The position numbers and the translations under genes were made by a program. The notes under the pieces are model-generated. The model saw only the letters and a list, made by a program, of their open reading frames with translations. It searched no databases and was not told the DNA's origin. Positions 1 to 9,025 of a stretch of 64,000 nt of DNA are shown here, in pieces. This stretch comes from an uncultured bacterium (GTDB lineage: Bacteria; Zhuqueibacterota; QNDG01; CAYUAG01): positions 549-64,548 of the forward strand of contig CAZKMO010000002.1 of NCBI GenBank assembly GCA_964554015.1. Reading direction: 5' to 3'. The stretch's first letter is position 1; the number at the start of each line of letters is the position of its first letter.

Positions 1-358
1 CCGTTCCCAGAACATTGGTACGGCAATCCCGGAGGGGATCCTGAATTGAAGGAATGACCCCGGTGCTGGCAGCCAGGTGTACGATGCAGTCCATGTTTTC
101 TGCTGACCTGCGGGCAAATTCCTCATCCCGGACATCACCAATCCAGAGTTCAACCGTATCTTTGCCGGGCAAAGCCCGGTCGGTTTCGGTAAAATCACAC
201 ACCCGGACCAGATCCTCTCTGGTGCCCACGCTTACATTATCCATCACCCGGATTTTACAGTCATGATGTTGCCCCAGATAATGCACCAGATTAGTGCCGA
301 TAAATCCGCATCCCCCGGTTATAAGCCAGCGTTTAGGCAGGTTTTGTTTTTTGGTCAT
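1..358 (-). CDS. NAD-dependent epimerase/dehydratase (extended SDR), N-terminal 119 aa only; gene continues beyond window start
   Basis: Reverse-strand ATG at 358 translates to MTKKQNLPKRWLITGGCGFIGTNLVHYL... with the Rossmann GGxGFIG motif of sugar-nucleotide epimerases. The ORF runs off the window edge, so the ORF track misses it. Confidence 0.75.
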   Translation of the reverse strand, partial: MTKKQNLPKRWLITGGCGFIGTNLVHYLGQHHDCKIRVMDNVSVGTREDLVRVCDFTETDRALPGKDTVELWIGDVRDEEFARRSAENMDCIVHLAASTGVIPSIQDPLRDCRTNVLGT

Positions 359-486
359 TGTTAGGTAATAATTATGATTAATGGAAAAATTACTCTATCT
401 CTTAAAATGGAATATTGGAATAATGGAATAGTGCAAAATTTCTTCCCCAACCTTCCATCATTCCACCCTTCCTTTACCTTATCATT

Positions 487-577
487 TCTCTTCGTGTGCT
501 TCGTGGTTTTATCACTTTCAATTAATTGCGTGAAATCAAGTATAATAAATATTTCTACCACGAAGAGCACGAAGTTT
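487..577. repeat. long-stem hairpin: ~18-bp imperfect inverted repeat (cttcgtgtgcttcgtggt / accacgaagagcacgaag) around a ~49-nt AT-rich loop
   Basis: Inverted repeat read directly in the sequence, intergenic between the epimerase and thioredoxin genes. Confidence 0.5.
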
Positions 578-1076
578 ACGAAGATTCTTATTTATATTTT
601 AATCTATTATTATATTCTTTTCTTTATGTACTTAGTATGTTTTATGTTTATATCAATACACCCACCTAAATCCTCCCTCAAGGGAGGACTTAATTTATAA
701 ATTTTTTCTCGCCTTGAATGAAAAACTTCAACCATTTTTCTTTGTGGTCTTCGTGACCTTCGTGGTTCTATTTCTCACCTTTCCAATATTAGACTGAATT
801 TGCCCTTACCCACACCACCATTGTCAATATACTTTACACTCTATACCAGTATCCTTCCATTCTCCTTTTTTCCCTTCTCTATGTTCCCTTAATTTGACTT
901 CTGCCCGATAGCCAAACCGATAAGGAAAGATTATTCTTGTTTGGTATTTGTAATTTGATCTTTGAAATTTATTTGTGATTTGGAATTTGTTTATTGTTAT
1001 TTCTCCCATACTCCGTCACTCCCATACACCCTTACCTAATAACTATCCTTTAATGCTCTGAACATTATTAGTCACC

Positions 1077-1481
1077 CTACAGATACCCCAGATCCTTAAG
1101 CCGGTCCTTAATGATATCCTCTTCCTCCCCGGTGCTGCCGGAATTTTCATCCGGAGAAGCAGAAGGCAGTACCTTTTCAATAAGCTCTTCCAGCTGTTCA
1201 TTGGTCTGGGAACCGGTTTTGCGCTCAATTTCTTTTCCCCCGGCAAACAGCATAAAACTGGGTAATCCCTGCACCTGGTAATCCCGGGAAATGACCGGAT
1301 TGCGGTCGATATTTATTTTTAGGATTTTACATCGGTTGTTATACTTTTCCGCTAAATGATTTAAGGCGGGATCGATCTGCTTGCAGGGCAGGCACCAGGA
1401 GGCCCAGCATTCCACCAGCACCGGAAGAGGAGACTGGATCACTTCCTTCTTAAATGCCTTGGTTGTAATATCTTTTACCAT
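1077..1481 (-). CDS. trxA: thioredoxin (WCLPC active site) with acidic C-terminal tail
   Basis: VLVECWASWCLPCKQ thioredoxin-fold motif; 134 aa. Confidence 0.85.
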   Translation of the reverse strand: MVKDITTKAFKKEVIQSPLPVLVECWASWCLPCKQIDPALNHLAEKYNNRCKILKINIDRNPVISRDYQVQGLPSFMLFAGGKEIERKTGSQTNEQLEELIEKVLPSASPDENSGSTGEEEDIIKDRLKDLGYL

Positions 1482-1499
1482 TAGTTGTCCTTTACTCTT

Positions 1500-3020
1500 T
1501 TATTCCGTATCGAGAATTCCCTGATACTCTCCGTAGGTTTTAGTACCCGGTTTATATTTCTCTATAACATCCGCCTCCTTCTTCTCCCCGGTCCAGTGGG
1601 TCTTGGGAAGAATGGTATGGGCTTTTTCCGCAATGCGTTTTTTGATTTCAGGTTGGGTTAGCAGTTGAAATATACGGTCGATTTCTTTTTCCAGGGATAT
1701 TTTTTGAGTAAATTTGAATTCCTGGGGCAATTTCCGGGAAACAGTTTCAAAGGGGTGTATTTCCGTTTCCACCCGGGGATTGGATACTCTCTGAATCTCT
1801 GCCTTCAGTTTATATTTCTCCTGGGCAACTTTGGCAATGGTTTCTGCTGCATCGTTTAATTTATACAGGCCTGATACTTGATTGACCACATCATACTGAC
1901 CCGGTTCGGGAGGAGAGATAATCAGCCGTACCATGCATTCCATGGCATCTTCCAGGGCAATGAATCCCTTGATTTGCTCACCTGCCCCGTAAATGGTCAG
2001 GGGGATTCCCATAAGGGCCTGAGCCACAAAACGGTTTACCACCGTACCGAACCACTCGTCAATATCGAACCTGGTTCGCAGTCGGGGATCGGTTGCGGTT
2101 TCATCGGTATGGACACCGTAAATAACTCCCTGCTGAATGTCATAGGAGCGCAGCCACCAGTATTTACAGGCTTCGTATACATTAAAGGTGTCCTGTACCT
2201 TGCTTACATGATAAAAACTGACCGGATCCCGGGGAGTAATTTCACCCCCCAGACTCCACTCTTTTCCCCGCCACTTTAAAATGGCATCGGAAGGAAACAT
2301 TCCCTCAAACAAGGGCCTGCCGGTAAGGGGAGCGCCGTATTCACCCATGGTTCCCAATTTAATCAGGCTGGTTTCAGGAACAATATCCTTGATAAGCCAG
2401 AGCAGTCCCAGAGTGCCCAGAGTGTTGTTATCCTGCACCGCCAGGGCATGGTCAGCATCAACCATGGAATAGGGAGCAGAGGGGATTTCAGCATAGTGTA
2501 CAATTGCTTCCGGCTTTTCTTCTTCCAGAAATTCCTGCAGCTTGTCTCTTTCCCTGATATCCATTCTCCGGAAATTGAGGTTTACTCCCAGCACCTCTCT
2601 GGCAGCATGCAGGCGTTTGGTCATCTTTTCAATGGGAACAATGGTATGAGCACCTTTTTCCATTACCGCATCCCGTCTGGTATAATTATCCATGCCGCTC
2701 ACCCGGAAGCCAAGTTTGGCCAGTTTCAAGGCCAGGGCCCATCCCAGATAACCGTCCATGCCTAATATCATTACCCGCATATCTTTCAATTGATATCCAT
2801 ACTCTCCCTTCTGCCATTCCGTACACTGTTCAAAAGTAATAGTGGGTTCGAAATGACCGAGTTCAGGTCTGCGGGAGCATTCAATCATAATCTGGCCTTC
2901 TTCTCCCAGTTTGGCTTTTATTTCCTCCTGGGACTGCCCGCAGGCGCGAAAATCAACATTTCCTTTAAACACTGCTGCCGGACAGTTCCAGCAGGTCTTA
3001 TCTGCATTATGAGGTTTCAT
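1500..3020 (-). CDS. sqdB: UDP-sulfoquinovose synthase (SQD1/SqdB family) with ~80-aa Cys-rich N-terminal extension
   Basis: Core has GMDGYLGW...DNYTRR, SAPYSM, LGTMGEYG, SFYHVSKV, QGVIYGVHTDET and NPRVETE, all close to plant SQD1 signature blocks. A strong SD (AAGGAGAG) sits 7 nt before the ATG at 3020. The N-terminus has C10/C13/C27/C48/C66. Confidence 0.85.
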   Translation of the reverse strand: MKPHNADKTCWNCPAAVFKGNVDFRACGQSQEEIKAKLGEEGQIMIECSRRPELGHFEPTITFEQCTEWQKGEYGYQLKDMRVMILGMDGYLGWALALKLAKLGFRVSGMDNYTRRDAVMEKGAHTIVPIEKMTKRLHAAREVLGVNLNFRRMDIRERDKLQEFLEEEKPEAIVHYAEIPSAPYSMVDADHALAVQDNNTLGTLGLLWLIKDIVPETSLIKLGTMGEYGAPLTGRPLFEGMFPSDAILKWRGKEWSLGGEITPRDPVSFYHVSKVQDTFNVYEACKYWWLRSYDIQQGVIYGVHTDETATDPRLRTRFDIDEWFGTVVNRFVAQALMGIPLTIYGAGEQIKGFIALEDAMECMVRLIISPPEPGQYDVVNQVSGLYKLNDAAETIAKVAQEKYKLKAEIQRVSNPRVETEIHPFETVSRKLPQEFKFTQKISLEKEIDRIFQLLTQPEIKKRIAEKAHTILPKTHWTGEKKEADVIEKYKPGTKTYGEYQGILDTE

Positions 3021-3023
3021 ACA

Positions 3024-4316
3024 TCAACTCTCCTTACATTTGGTTGCGATGGTCAAAACATCCTCGGCGCGGGGAACTTCAGGCAGGAGGAAACCGGCAT
3101 TGGTGCTGTGCACATAGAGAAAAGCGTCATCTCCCCGGTGCATTCCCTTTATGGTAGAGGAAAGACCGAAGACCTGATTGTTCCCCAGAGTACCCCGTAA
3201 ACTGAATCCTTTACCCGGGACAAGTATAAGATCAGGAGCATTATCCATCTGATCGCCGGTATAAATTTCTTCCTTTCTGACCACCCGGTCAACGATTTTC
3301 TCAGCCTTGTCCTGATAAAAAAATTCCTTAAAAAGACTGGTAAGGTCCTTGATAATCGCTTCCCGGTCATCTGGTTTTACCGAACCCCGGGGGTAGCGGG
3401 AGGAATAATTCAGATAGATGCGGGAAGGCTCCAGAACAAAAGCTTTGGTTCGGGAAGTAATATTATTATAGTTTATTCTTTCACTTTTGGTTATTTCCAA
3501 AAATCCCTGCTTTTCCAGATAAGTATTCAAATACACTTCTGATTGTATGCTCTCCATGCCGTGATCCGACATCATCATTAAAATATCATTTTCTCTTTTA
3601 TGATCCGCAATCCAGCCTATCTGTTCATCGATCCTGGTATAGTATTCCAGGAAGGATTCATAAAAGGGAGATTTCTTCTCTTCCCAGTCATGCTGAAAAT
3701 AATGACCCAGTCTGTCGGTTCCGGTAAACACAATCATAAACACATCCCAATTTTCCCGCTCCCAGCAGGTGCGGTATACCTGCTCCCGCTTCTTGAGTAC
3801 TTCAAATAAACTTCTGAGAAACAATTCCTTTGACTGACTGATCTTTTTAGTATCCGGATCAATCTGATAATCAATATTTTTTAAATAATGCAGAAAATCG
3901 TCCGGATATGCCGCCTTCTCCAGAGTGGGAGAGACAAAACCGGAAACCATATATCCGTTTATTTTCTGTACCGGATAGGTAAAGGGAAGATTAATGATCA
4001 CATATTTCTTCTCACTTTCTACCTGCCAGAAAGTACTGGATTGCATACTGAGGAAATTGGGAAAGCGCAGGGTATAGGTGTTAGGGATAAGATCTGTAAA
4101 ACCAAATATTCCATGCTCGCCCGGATTCTTACCGGTCATAATGGAGGACCAGGAAACCGCTGAATTATCCGGCAGCGGGGCCAGCATCCGGGACAATACT
4201 CCTTCCTCTATCAGGGTATTGAGATGGGGCATTACTCCCGTTTGTGCCAGTTCCCGGAGCAGACTGTAGGAGGCTCCGTCAATTCCCACAAAAATTGTTC
4301 TTTTCTTTTTACTCAT
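3024..4316 (-). CDS. alkaline-phosphatase-superfamily protein (type I phosphodiesterase/nucleotide pyrophosphatase family)
   Basis: N-terminal FVGIDGASYSLL metal-site-like motif and ...MSDHGM... near the C-terminus, typical of the AP/NPP/sulfatase fold. Its stop lies 3 nt from the sqdB start. Confidence 0.55.
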   Translation of the reverse strand: MSKKKRTIFVGIDGASYSLLRELAQTGVMPHLNTLIEEGVLSRMLAPLPDNSAVSWSSIMTGKNPGEHGIFGFTDLIPNTYTLRFPNFLSMQSSTFWQVESEKKYVIINLPFTYPVQKINGYMVSGFVSPTLEKAAYPDDFLHYLKNIDYQIDPDTKKISQSKELFLRSLFEVLKKREQVYRTCWERENWDVFMIVFTGTDRLGHYFQHDWEEKKSPFYESFLEYYTRIDEQIGWIADHKRENDILMMMSDHGMESIQSEVYLNTYLEKQGFLEITKSERINYNNITSRTKAFVLEPSRIYLNYSSRYPRGSVKPDDREAIIKDLTSLFKEFFYQDKAEKIVDRVVRKEEIYTGDQMDNAPDLILVPGKGFSLRGTLGNNQVFGLSSTIKGMHRGDDAFLYVHSTNAGFLLPEVPRAEDVLTIATKCKES

Positions 4317-4469
4317 AATGTTCTATTTTATAGATCGTTGTTCTTGTAAATTATTTTCCCCAGCATCAATAAAGTTTATTAGAATAACCATAATTTTTAT
4401 CATATGCAAGTATAAATTTTCCTATATCCAAAAATTGAAAATTTGATTGTATATGTGTTACTAGTAGTT

Positions 4470-4835
4470 ACATTCCTAAATTACAAGACCCAAATCCCAA
4501 ATAACAAATAAATCACACTCTTCAATCCACAATGACCAAAATAGTAACCAACTGACTGTTTGAAATTTTGAATTTGACTTTTGAAATTTATTTGATATTT
4601 GGAAATTGTAATTTGTTATTTAATCCTTCTTAAAACACCCTCTCTTTTATCTCTCCCTCCAGGGAGAGAAAGCTTGATTTAAAAGCCCTGAAGGGAAGCT
4701 AAACTGCGGTCGAAACACAATTCTTAATCCATAATTCTTAATTCCCTTCTCCCTTCTCCTTTTCTCCATTCTCCTTTTTTCCTCAACCTTAACCTGTTTT
4801 ATCTTTTTTATTTTTTCTTTTAGATTTTATCTTCC
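4470..4835. repeat. dispersed repeat, copy 1 (~350 bp); contains an 86-bp core (4638-4723) identical to copy 2, with the perfect hairpin ctctccctccagggagag
   Basis: About 90% identity to 8650-9020 in direct orientation by manual alignment. Confidence 0.9.
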
Positions 4836-5920
4836 AAAAGCACCTCCACTATCCTCCGGGACACCTGATCATCCCAGAACTTGGGAACCTTTCCCTTTTT
4901 CTTATTCCCAGATATGACAGCAAAACTCTTTTTCACTATGATTTCAGGATTGGTGCCTATGAGTTCATTAGTCCCCTGCATAATGGTAATCGGCCTTTCC
5001 GTAGTGTTTCGCAGAGTAAGGCAGGATACCTTAAAAAAAGTGGTCTCTTCCTGAATACCGCCTGAATCGGTCAACACCAGGGCCGCATCTTTCTGCAGCC
5101 GCAAGAAATCTATATAGGGCAGCGGATCCATTACCCTAAGCCGGTGATCTGAGGATATATGGTTCCCAAGTTGAAATTCCTTAATTCTCTTTAAAGTACG
5201 GGGATGAGCAGGAAAAATTACAGGTATTTTTTTCTGAATCTCCTGCATAGCTTTCAGGATTCCGGTTAATTGTTCCTTACCATCAACATTGGAAGGACGA
5301 TGAAGTGTTAATAGTACATACTTTTGGGGAGTAAGTGATAAGCGGTCCAGAATATCCGAATCCTGTACCTGATTCTGCCTTTTAAGGAGTGATTCAATCA
5401 TGATATTGCCCACAAAATGTATTTTATCTTTGGCAATACCTTCCCGTAAAAGATTTTCCTCTGCCTCCTTACAGGTGATAAACAGGAAATCAGAAATCTG
5501 GTCAGTAAGTACCCGATTTACTTCTTCCGGCATTTGCCGGTCATAACTTCTCAGGCCTGCTTCAATATGAGCAATAGGAAGGTGCAGTTTTACTCCTACC
5601 AGGGCACAGGCTAAAGTTGAATTCACATCTCCCACCACCACAATAAGATCCGGTCTTTTTTCTTTTATCACTTTTTCAAAGCTGATCATGATGTTGGCTG
5701 TCTGCACCGCCTGGGAGGCTGATCCCACTCCCAGATACACATCCGGTTCAGGCAGTCCCAGATCCCGGAAAAAAACCCGGGACATGGTATCATCATAATG
5801 CTGACCTGTATGTACAAGAAAAGGATCGAACCTGTCCGGATATTGTATCATTCTTTCCCAAACCGGAGCAACTTTCATGAAATTGGGCCGGGCTCCGGCA
5901 ACCAGAAAAACTCTCTTCAC
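4820..5920 (-). CDS. wecB: UDP-N-acetylglucosamine 2-epimerase (non-hydrolysing)
   Basis: MKRVFLVAGARPNFMKVAPV... N-terminus plus HTGQHYD and GDVNSTLA blocks typical of WecB/MnaA. Confidence 0.9.
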   Translation of the reverse strand: MKRVFLVAGARPNFMKVAPVWERMIQYPDRFDPFLVHTGQHYDDTMSRVFFRDLGLPEPDVYLGVGSASQAVQTANIMISFEKVIKEKRPDLIVVVGDVNSTLACALVGVKLHLPIAHIEAGLRSYDRQMPEEVNRVLTDQISDFLFITCKEAEENLLREGIAKDKIHFVGNIMIESLLKRQNQVQDSDILDRLSLTPQKYVLLTLHRPSNVDGKEQLTGILKAMQEIQKKIPVIFPAHPRTLKRIKEFQLGNHISSDHRLRVMDPLPYIDFLRLQKDAALVLTDSGGIQEETTFFKVSCLTLRNTTERPITIMQGTNELIGTNPEIIVKKSFAVISGNKKKGKVPKFWDDQVSRRIVEVLLEDKI

Positions 5921-5979
5921 TTCTATTCTTCCCTAATCTTGAAAATTATATTGATAAATAGTAAAAAGACTTTAATTGA

Positions 5980-7758
5980 TTATACAAAAAACCATATATA
6001 TATAATACCTATGGCAAAAAAGCCGATAAATATATTCATGGGAATACCGATTCTCATGAAATCCTTAAACCGGTAGCCACCAGGTCCATATACCATTAAA
6101 TTTGTCTGATATCCAATGGGGGTAGCAAAACTTGCCGAGGCAGCCATGGCAACCGCCAAAAAAAACGGTCTGGGATTGATCTGGGCCTGTTGGGATACGG
6201 AAAGAGCAATAGGGAAAAGGAGGGCTGCCGCCGCATTATTGGTAATAATTTCAGTATACAGACTGGTCATAAAATATACCCCCATCAGAAGTCCGAAAAT
6301 CCCCAGACCACTCAGACCCAGGATGAGTTTTTTAGCTAAAAACCCGGCTAGTCCCGAATTATTTAATCCCTGAGCTATACCAAAGGAAGAAGCTATAATC
6401 AACAGTACCTTCCAGTCCACACTATCCCGGGCATCCTGGGGGGTAATACACCCGGTAACCAGTAAAATTATGGCAGTGAGACAGACGGAAATGAGAATGG
6501 GGAATAGATTAAAGGCCATGCTGATGATCATGGCCCCCAGAACTATCAAGGACAGAACAGATTTCCACTGGGGCTTGGAATGAACTTCCTGAGATCGGGA
6601 AACCAGAAAAAAATCTTCGGAATGATACCAGGTATCCAAAAAATTCTTATGGGCCAGTAAAAGCAGGGTATCTCCCGAATGTAAGACCACATCCCCTACT
6701 TTGCTCTTAATGCGCTCACCACTCCGGTGGATGGCAACAATAACCGCATTGTACCTGCTTCGGAAATTACTTTCCCGTACATTTTTGCCGATAAGAGGAG
6801 AATTGGGTGATATCACTACCTCAAAACTCCAGATTTTATCAGAATCATAATTTTTTAAATCCAGAGAAGCATCTTTCAATAAGGTTAATCCCGGCGTTCT
6901 CTGCAGTTCCAGAATGGTATCGGGAAGGCCGGTAAAAAAAAGACGATCGTTCTCCTGAATATCAGTATTGGGAGTCACGGGAGTGATTACTTCCCCACCC
7001 CTCTGTATCTGGAAAACAAATAATCCCTTCAAATGTCGCAATCCGGCTTCTTCAATACTTTTCCCCATGTGAGGATAATTTTTCCCCACCTTCATGGTTA
7101 TAACAAATTCTCTGGTACTTTCCCCCAGCTTGACAGTCGGTTCTTTGCGTTCAGGCAGTAAATGATATCCCAAAAAAACAAGCACCAGTAAGCCAATTAT
7201 ACCAACCGGTACTCCGATTTTGCTTATTTCAAAAAAAGACATGCCCTCAAAACCATTCTGCAGCATTAAACCGTGTACAACCAGATTGGTACTGGTTCCT
7301 ATAAGGGTACACATTCCACCCAGAATAGCAGCATAGGAAAGGGGGATAAGAAATTTGGAAACAGAATATTCATGTTTCACGGCCCAGGAGCGTACTACCG
7401 GAACCAGCATGGCAACAATGGGAGTATTGTTAAAAAAAGCAGAAATTGAAGCAACCGGAAAAAGAAGCCGCAGTAATTTGCCTTGAGGTTTACCGGCTTT
7501 AGAACCCAAGAGCAGCTTTCCCATATCATGCAGTATGCCGGTCTTCTGCAGCCCTCCGGCCACAATAAATAAAAAACCAACCGTAAGCATTCCCTGATTG
7601 GAAAATCCGGCAAATGCCTCTTTCAGAGAAATCACTCCTCCCATAATCATAAGAATCAGGGTAGAAAAAATAATAATATCTGCTTCGATCCATTCCTTGA
7701 CCAGAAACACTGTCATTGCTACCAGCAAAAAACCTGTATAATAAAATGAATATTCCAT
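5980..7758 (-). CDS. SLC13/DASS-family anion permease with two internal TrkA-C (RCK_C) domains; candidate sulfate or dicarboxylate importer
   Basis: 592 aa with hydrophobic N- and C-terminal halves flanking two soluble repeats (VGKNYPHMGKSIEEAGLRH... and SPNSPLIGKNVRESNFRSRY...) typical of TrkA-C inserts in DASS permeases. Confidence 0.75.
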   Translation of the reverse strand: MEYSFYYTGFLLVAMTVFLVKEWIEADIIIFSTLILMIMGGVISLKEAFAGFSNQGMLTVGFLFIVAGGLQKTGILHDMGKLLLGSKAGKPQGKLLRLLFPVASISAFFNNTPIVAMLVPVVRSWAVKHEYSVSKFLIPLSYAAILGGMCTLIGTSTNLVVHGLMLQNGFEGMSFFEISKIGVPVGIIGLLVLVFLGYHLLPERKEPTVKLGESTREFVITMKVGKNYPHMGKSIEEAGLRHLKGLFVFQIQRGGEVITPVTPNTDIQENDRLFFTGLPDTILELQRTPGLTLLKDASLDLKNYDSDKIWSFEVVISPNSPLIGKNVRESNFRSRYNAVIVAIHRSGERIKSKVGDVVLHSGDTLLLLAHKNFLDTWYHSEDFFLVSRSQEVHSKPQWKSVLSLIVLGAMIISMAFNLFPILISVCLTAIILLVTGCITPQDARDSVDWKVLLIIASSFGIAQGLNNSGLAGFLAKKLILGLSGLGIFGLLMGVYFMTSLYTEIITNNAAAALLFPIALSVSQQAQINPRPFFLAVAMAASASFATPIGYQTNLMVYGPGGYRFKDFMRIGIPMNIFIGFFAIGIIYIWFFV

Positions 7759-7778
7759 GCTTGGGAAATAAAAACAGC

Positions 7779-8153
7779 CTATTTTTGTATCCGGGATGGA
7801 TATAAGGTTGAGTAAGCCCGCCTATTTAAAAGCAGAGTGGCTCTGATGGTATTTTCCAAGGTAGCCAAAGGCTGGCTGCCCACAATTAATGAACCCATAA
7901 CCTCCCGCAATCGCAGCACCTCTTTTAATTTTCCTTTCCAGCGGGGATCGTCAACTATAAAATCAATAAGAATTATAGCCCGGTACAGATGATCTAGGGC
8001 ACAGACTCTTTCTCTGTCCCAGAAACTTCTGGCTTTTTCCAGGTCACTGACCACATTGAGAATCTGGATATGCTGGGGAAAATCAGCATATCGTTTTTCC
8101 AGATCCTTATACCAGACTTTCATATCAGATTTTTTTCTATTGCTATTCTGCAA
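7779..8153 (-). CDS. hypothetical protein (124 aa)
   Basis: ORF only; overlaps the upstream gene by 11 nt, which suggests a two-gene unit. Confidence 0.4.
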   Translation of the reverse strand: MQNSNRKKSDMKVWYKDLEKRYADFPQHIQILNVVSDLEKARSFWDRERVCALDHLYRAIILIDFIVDDPRWKGKLKEVLRLREVMGSLIVGSQPLATLENTIRATLLLNRRAYSTLYPSRIQK

Positions 8154-8508
8154 TGGGAATCAGTTCTTTTATTATTTTGTATAATTTATTTCTAATTGTT
8201 TCATCCTGTATTTGCATGGAAGTATTATCCTGATGAGGACGAATATTAATAAGAGCAGTATATTCTATCTGATGGCCGGCTTCATTTCCAGGATAAATAT
8301 TTACACCCCAAAGATTTTTTTGTCGGGATCCTTTTTTCAGTAAAAGGGACTCTGCATCCGCATGGAGTGCTCCTCCCAAGGCTATTTCGCCGGTTTCAAT
8401 ATCTACAACCACTTTAACCATGTCCCCGAACCAATGTTTACAATATTTTTGTAATACCGAGGGTGAAATTTTTTTATTGGTTATCAAAATATCAGAAACT
8501 GTATTCAT
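8143..8508 (-). CDS. small conserved hypothetical protein (121 aa; resembles a widespread DUF-type family with a VVVDIETGEIAxGGxLHADxE motif)
   Basis: ORF plus motif; the family assignment is from memory, not searched. Confidence 0.4.
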   Translation of the reverse strand: MNTVSDILITNKKISPSVLQKYCKHWFGDMVKVVVDIETGEIALGGALHADAESLLLKKGSRQKNLWGVNIYPGNEAGHQIEYTALINIRPHQDNTSMQIQDETIRNKLYKIIKELIPIAE

Positions 8509-8649
8509 AAATTTTAGTATTCATTTATATTATTAATTAAAAAAACCACTTATGCCATTTGGTTAGCAACTAACAAAACGTACTATTTTATATTTTTTTT
8601 AATTTGTTCGTTGCTAATAATATTTTTTTAATACCTCAACTTTAAAATT

Positions 8650-9020
8650 CCAAAATTCAAATCCCAAATAACAAATAAATCACCATATGCAAACCACCAT
8701 GACCAAAACAGTAACCGACTGACTGTTTGAAATTTTGTATTTGGTATTTGGAAATTATTTGATATTTGGATATTATGATTTGTTATTTAATTCTCCTTAA
8801 AATACCCTCTCTTTTATCTCTCCCTCCAGGGAGAGAAAGCTTGATTTAAAAGCCCTGAAGGGAAGCTAAACTGCGGTCGAAACACAATTCCTAATTCAAA
8901 ATTCTTAATCCATAATTCTTAATTCCCTTCTCCCCTCTCCTTTTCTCCATTCTCCTTTTTTCTTTAACCTCAACCTGTTTTATCTTTTATCTTTTGTCTT
9001 TTGGATTTTATCTTTTGGAT
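8650..9020. repeat. dispersed repeat, copy 2 (~350 bp); 86-bp identical core at 8805-8890
   Basis: Direct-orientation match to 4470-4835. Confidence 0.9.
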
Positions 9021-9025
9021 TTTCT

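Noticed and set aside
361-700. Two overlapping ORFs (361-570 minus, 374-700 plus) from the ORF track.
   Set aside because: They lie in AT-rich repeat- and hairpin-dense intergenic DNA and have low-complexity Ile/Leu/Phe/Tyr-rich translations with no motifs. The real upstream gene is the edge-truncated epimerase at 1-358.
1665-3200. Plus-strand ORFs (1665-1859, 1878-2279, 2281-2472, 2448-2765, 2790-3200) antisense to sqdB.
   Set aside because: All lie inside a strongly motif-supported minus-strand gene. None has a recognisable domain or a credible start/RBS.
4470-9020. Whether the dispersed repeats could be a CRISPR array.
   Set aside because: There are only two to three copies, each hundreds of bp long and separated by kilobases of genes. 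There are no short regularly spaced repeat-spacer units and no cas genes.
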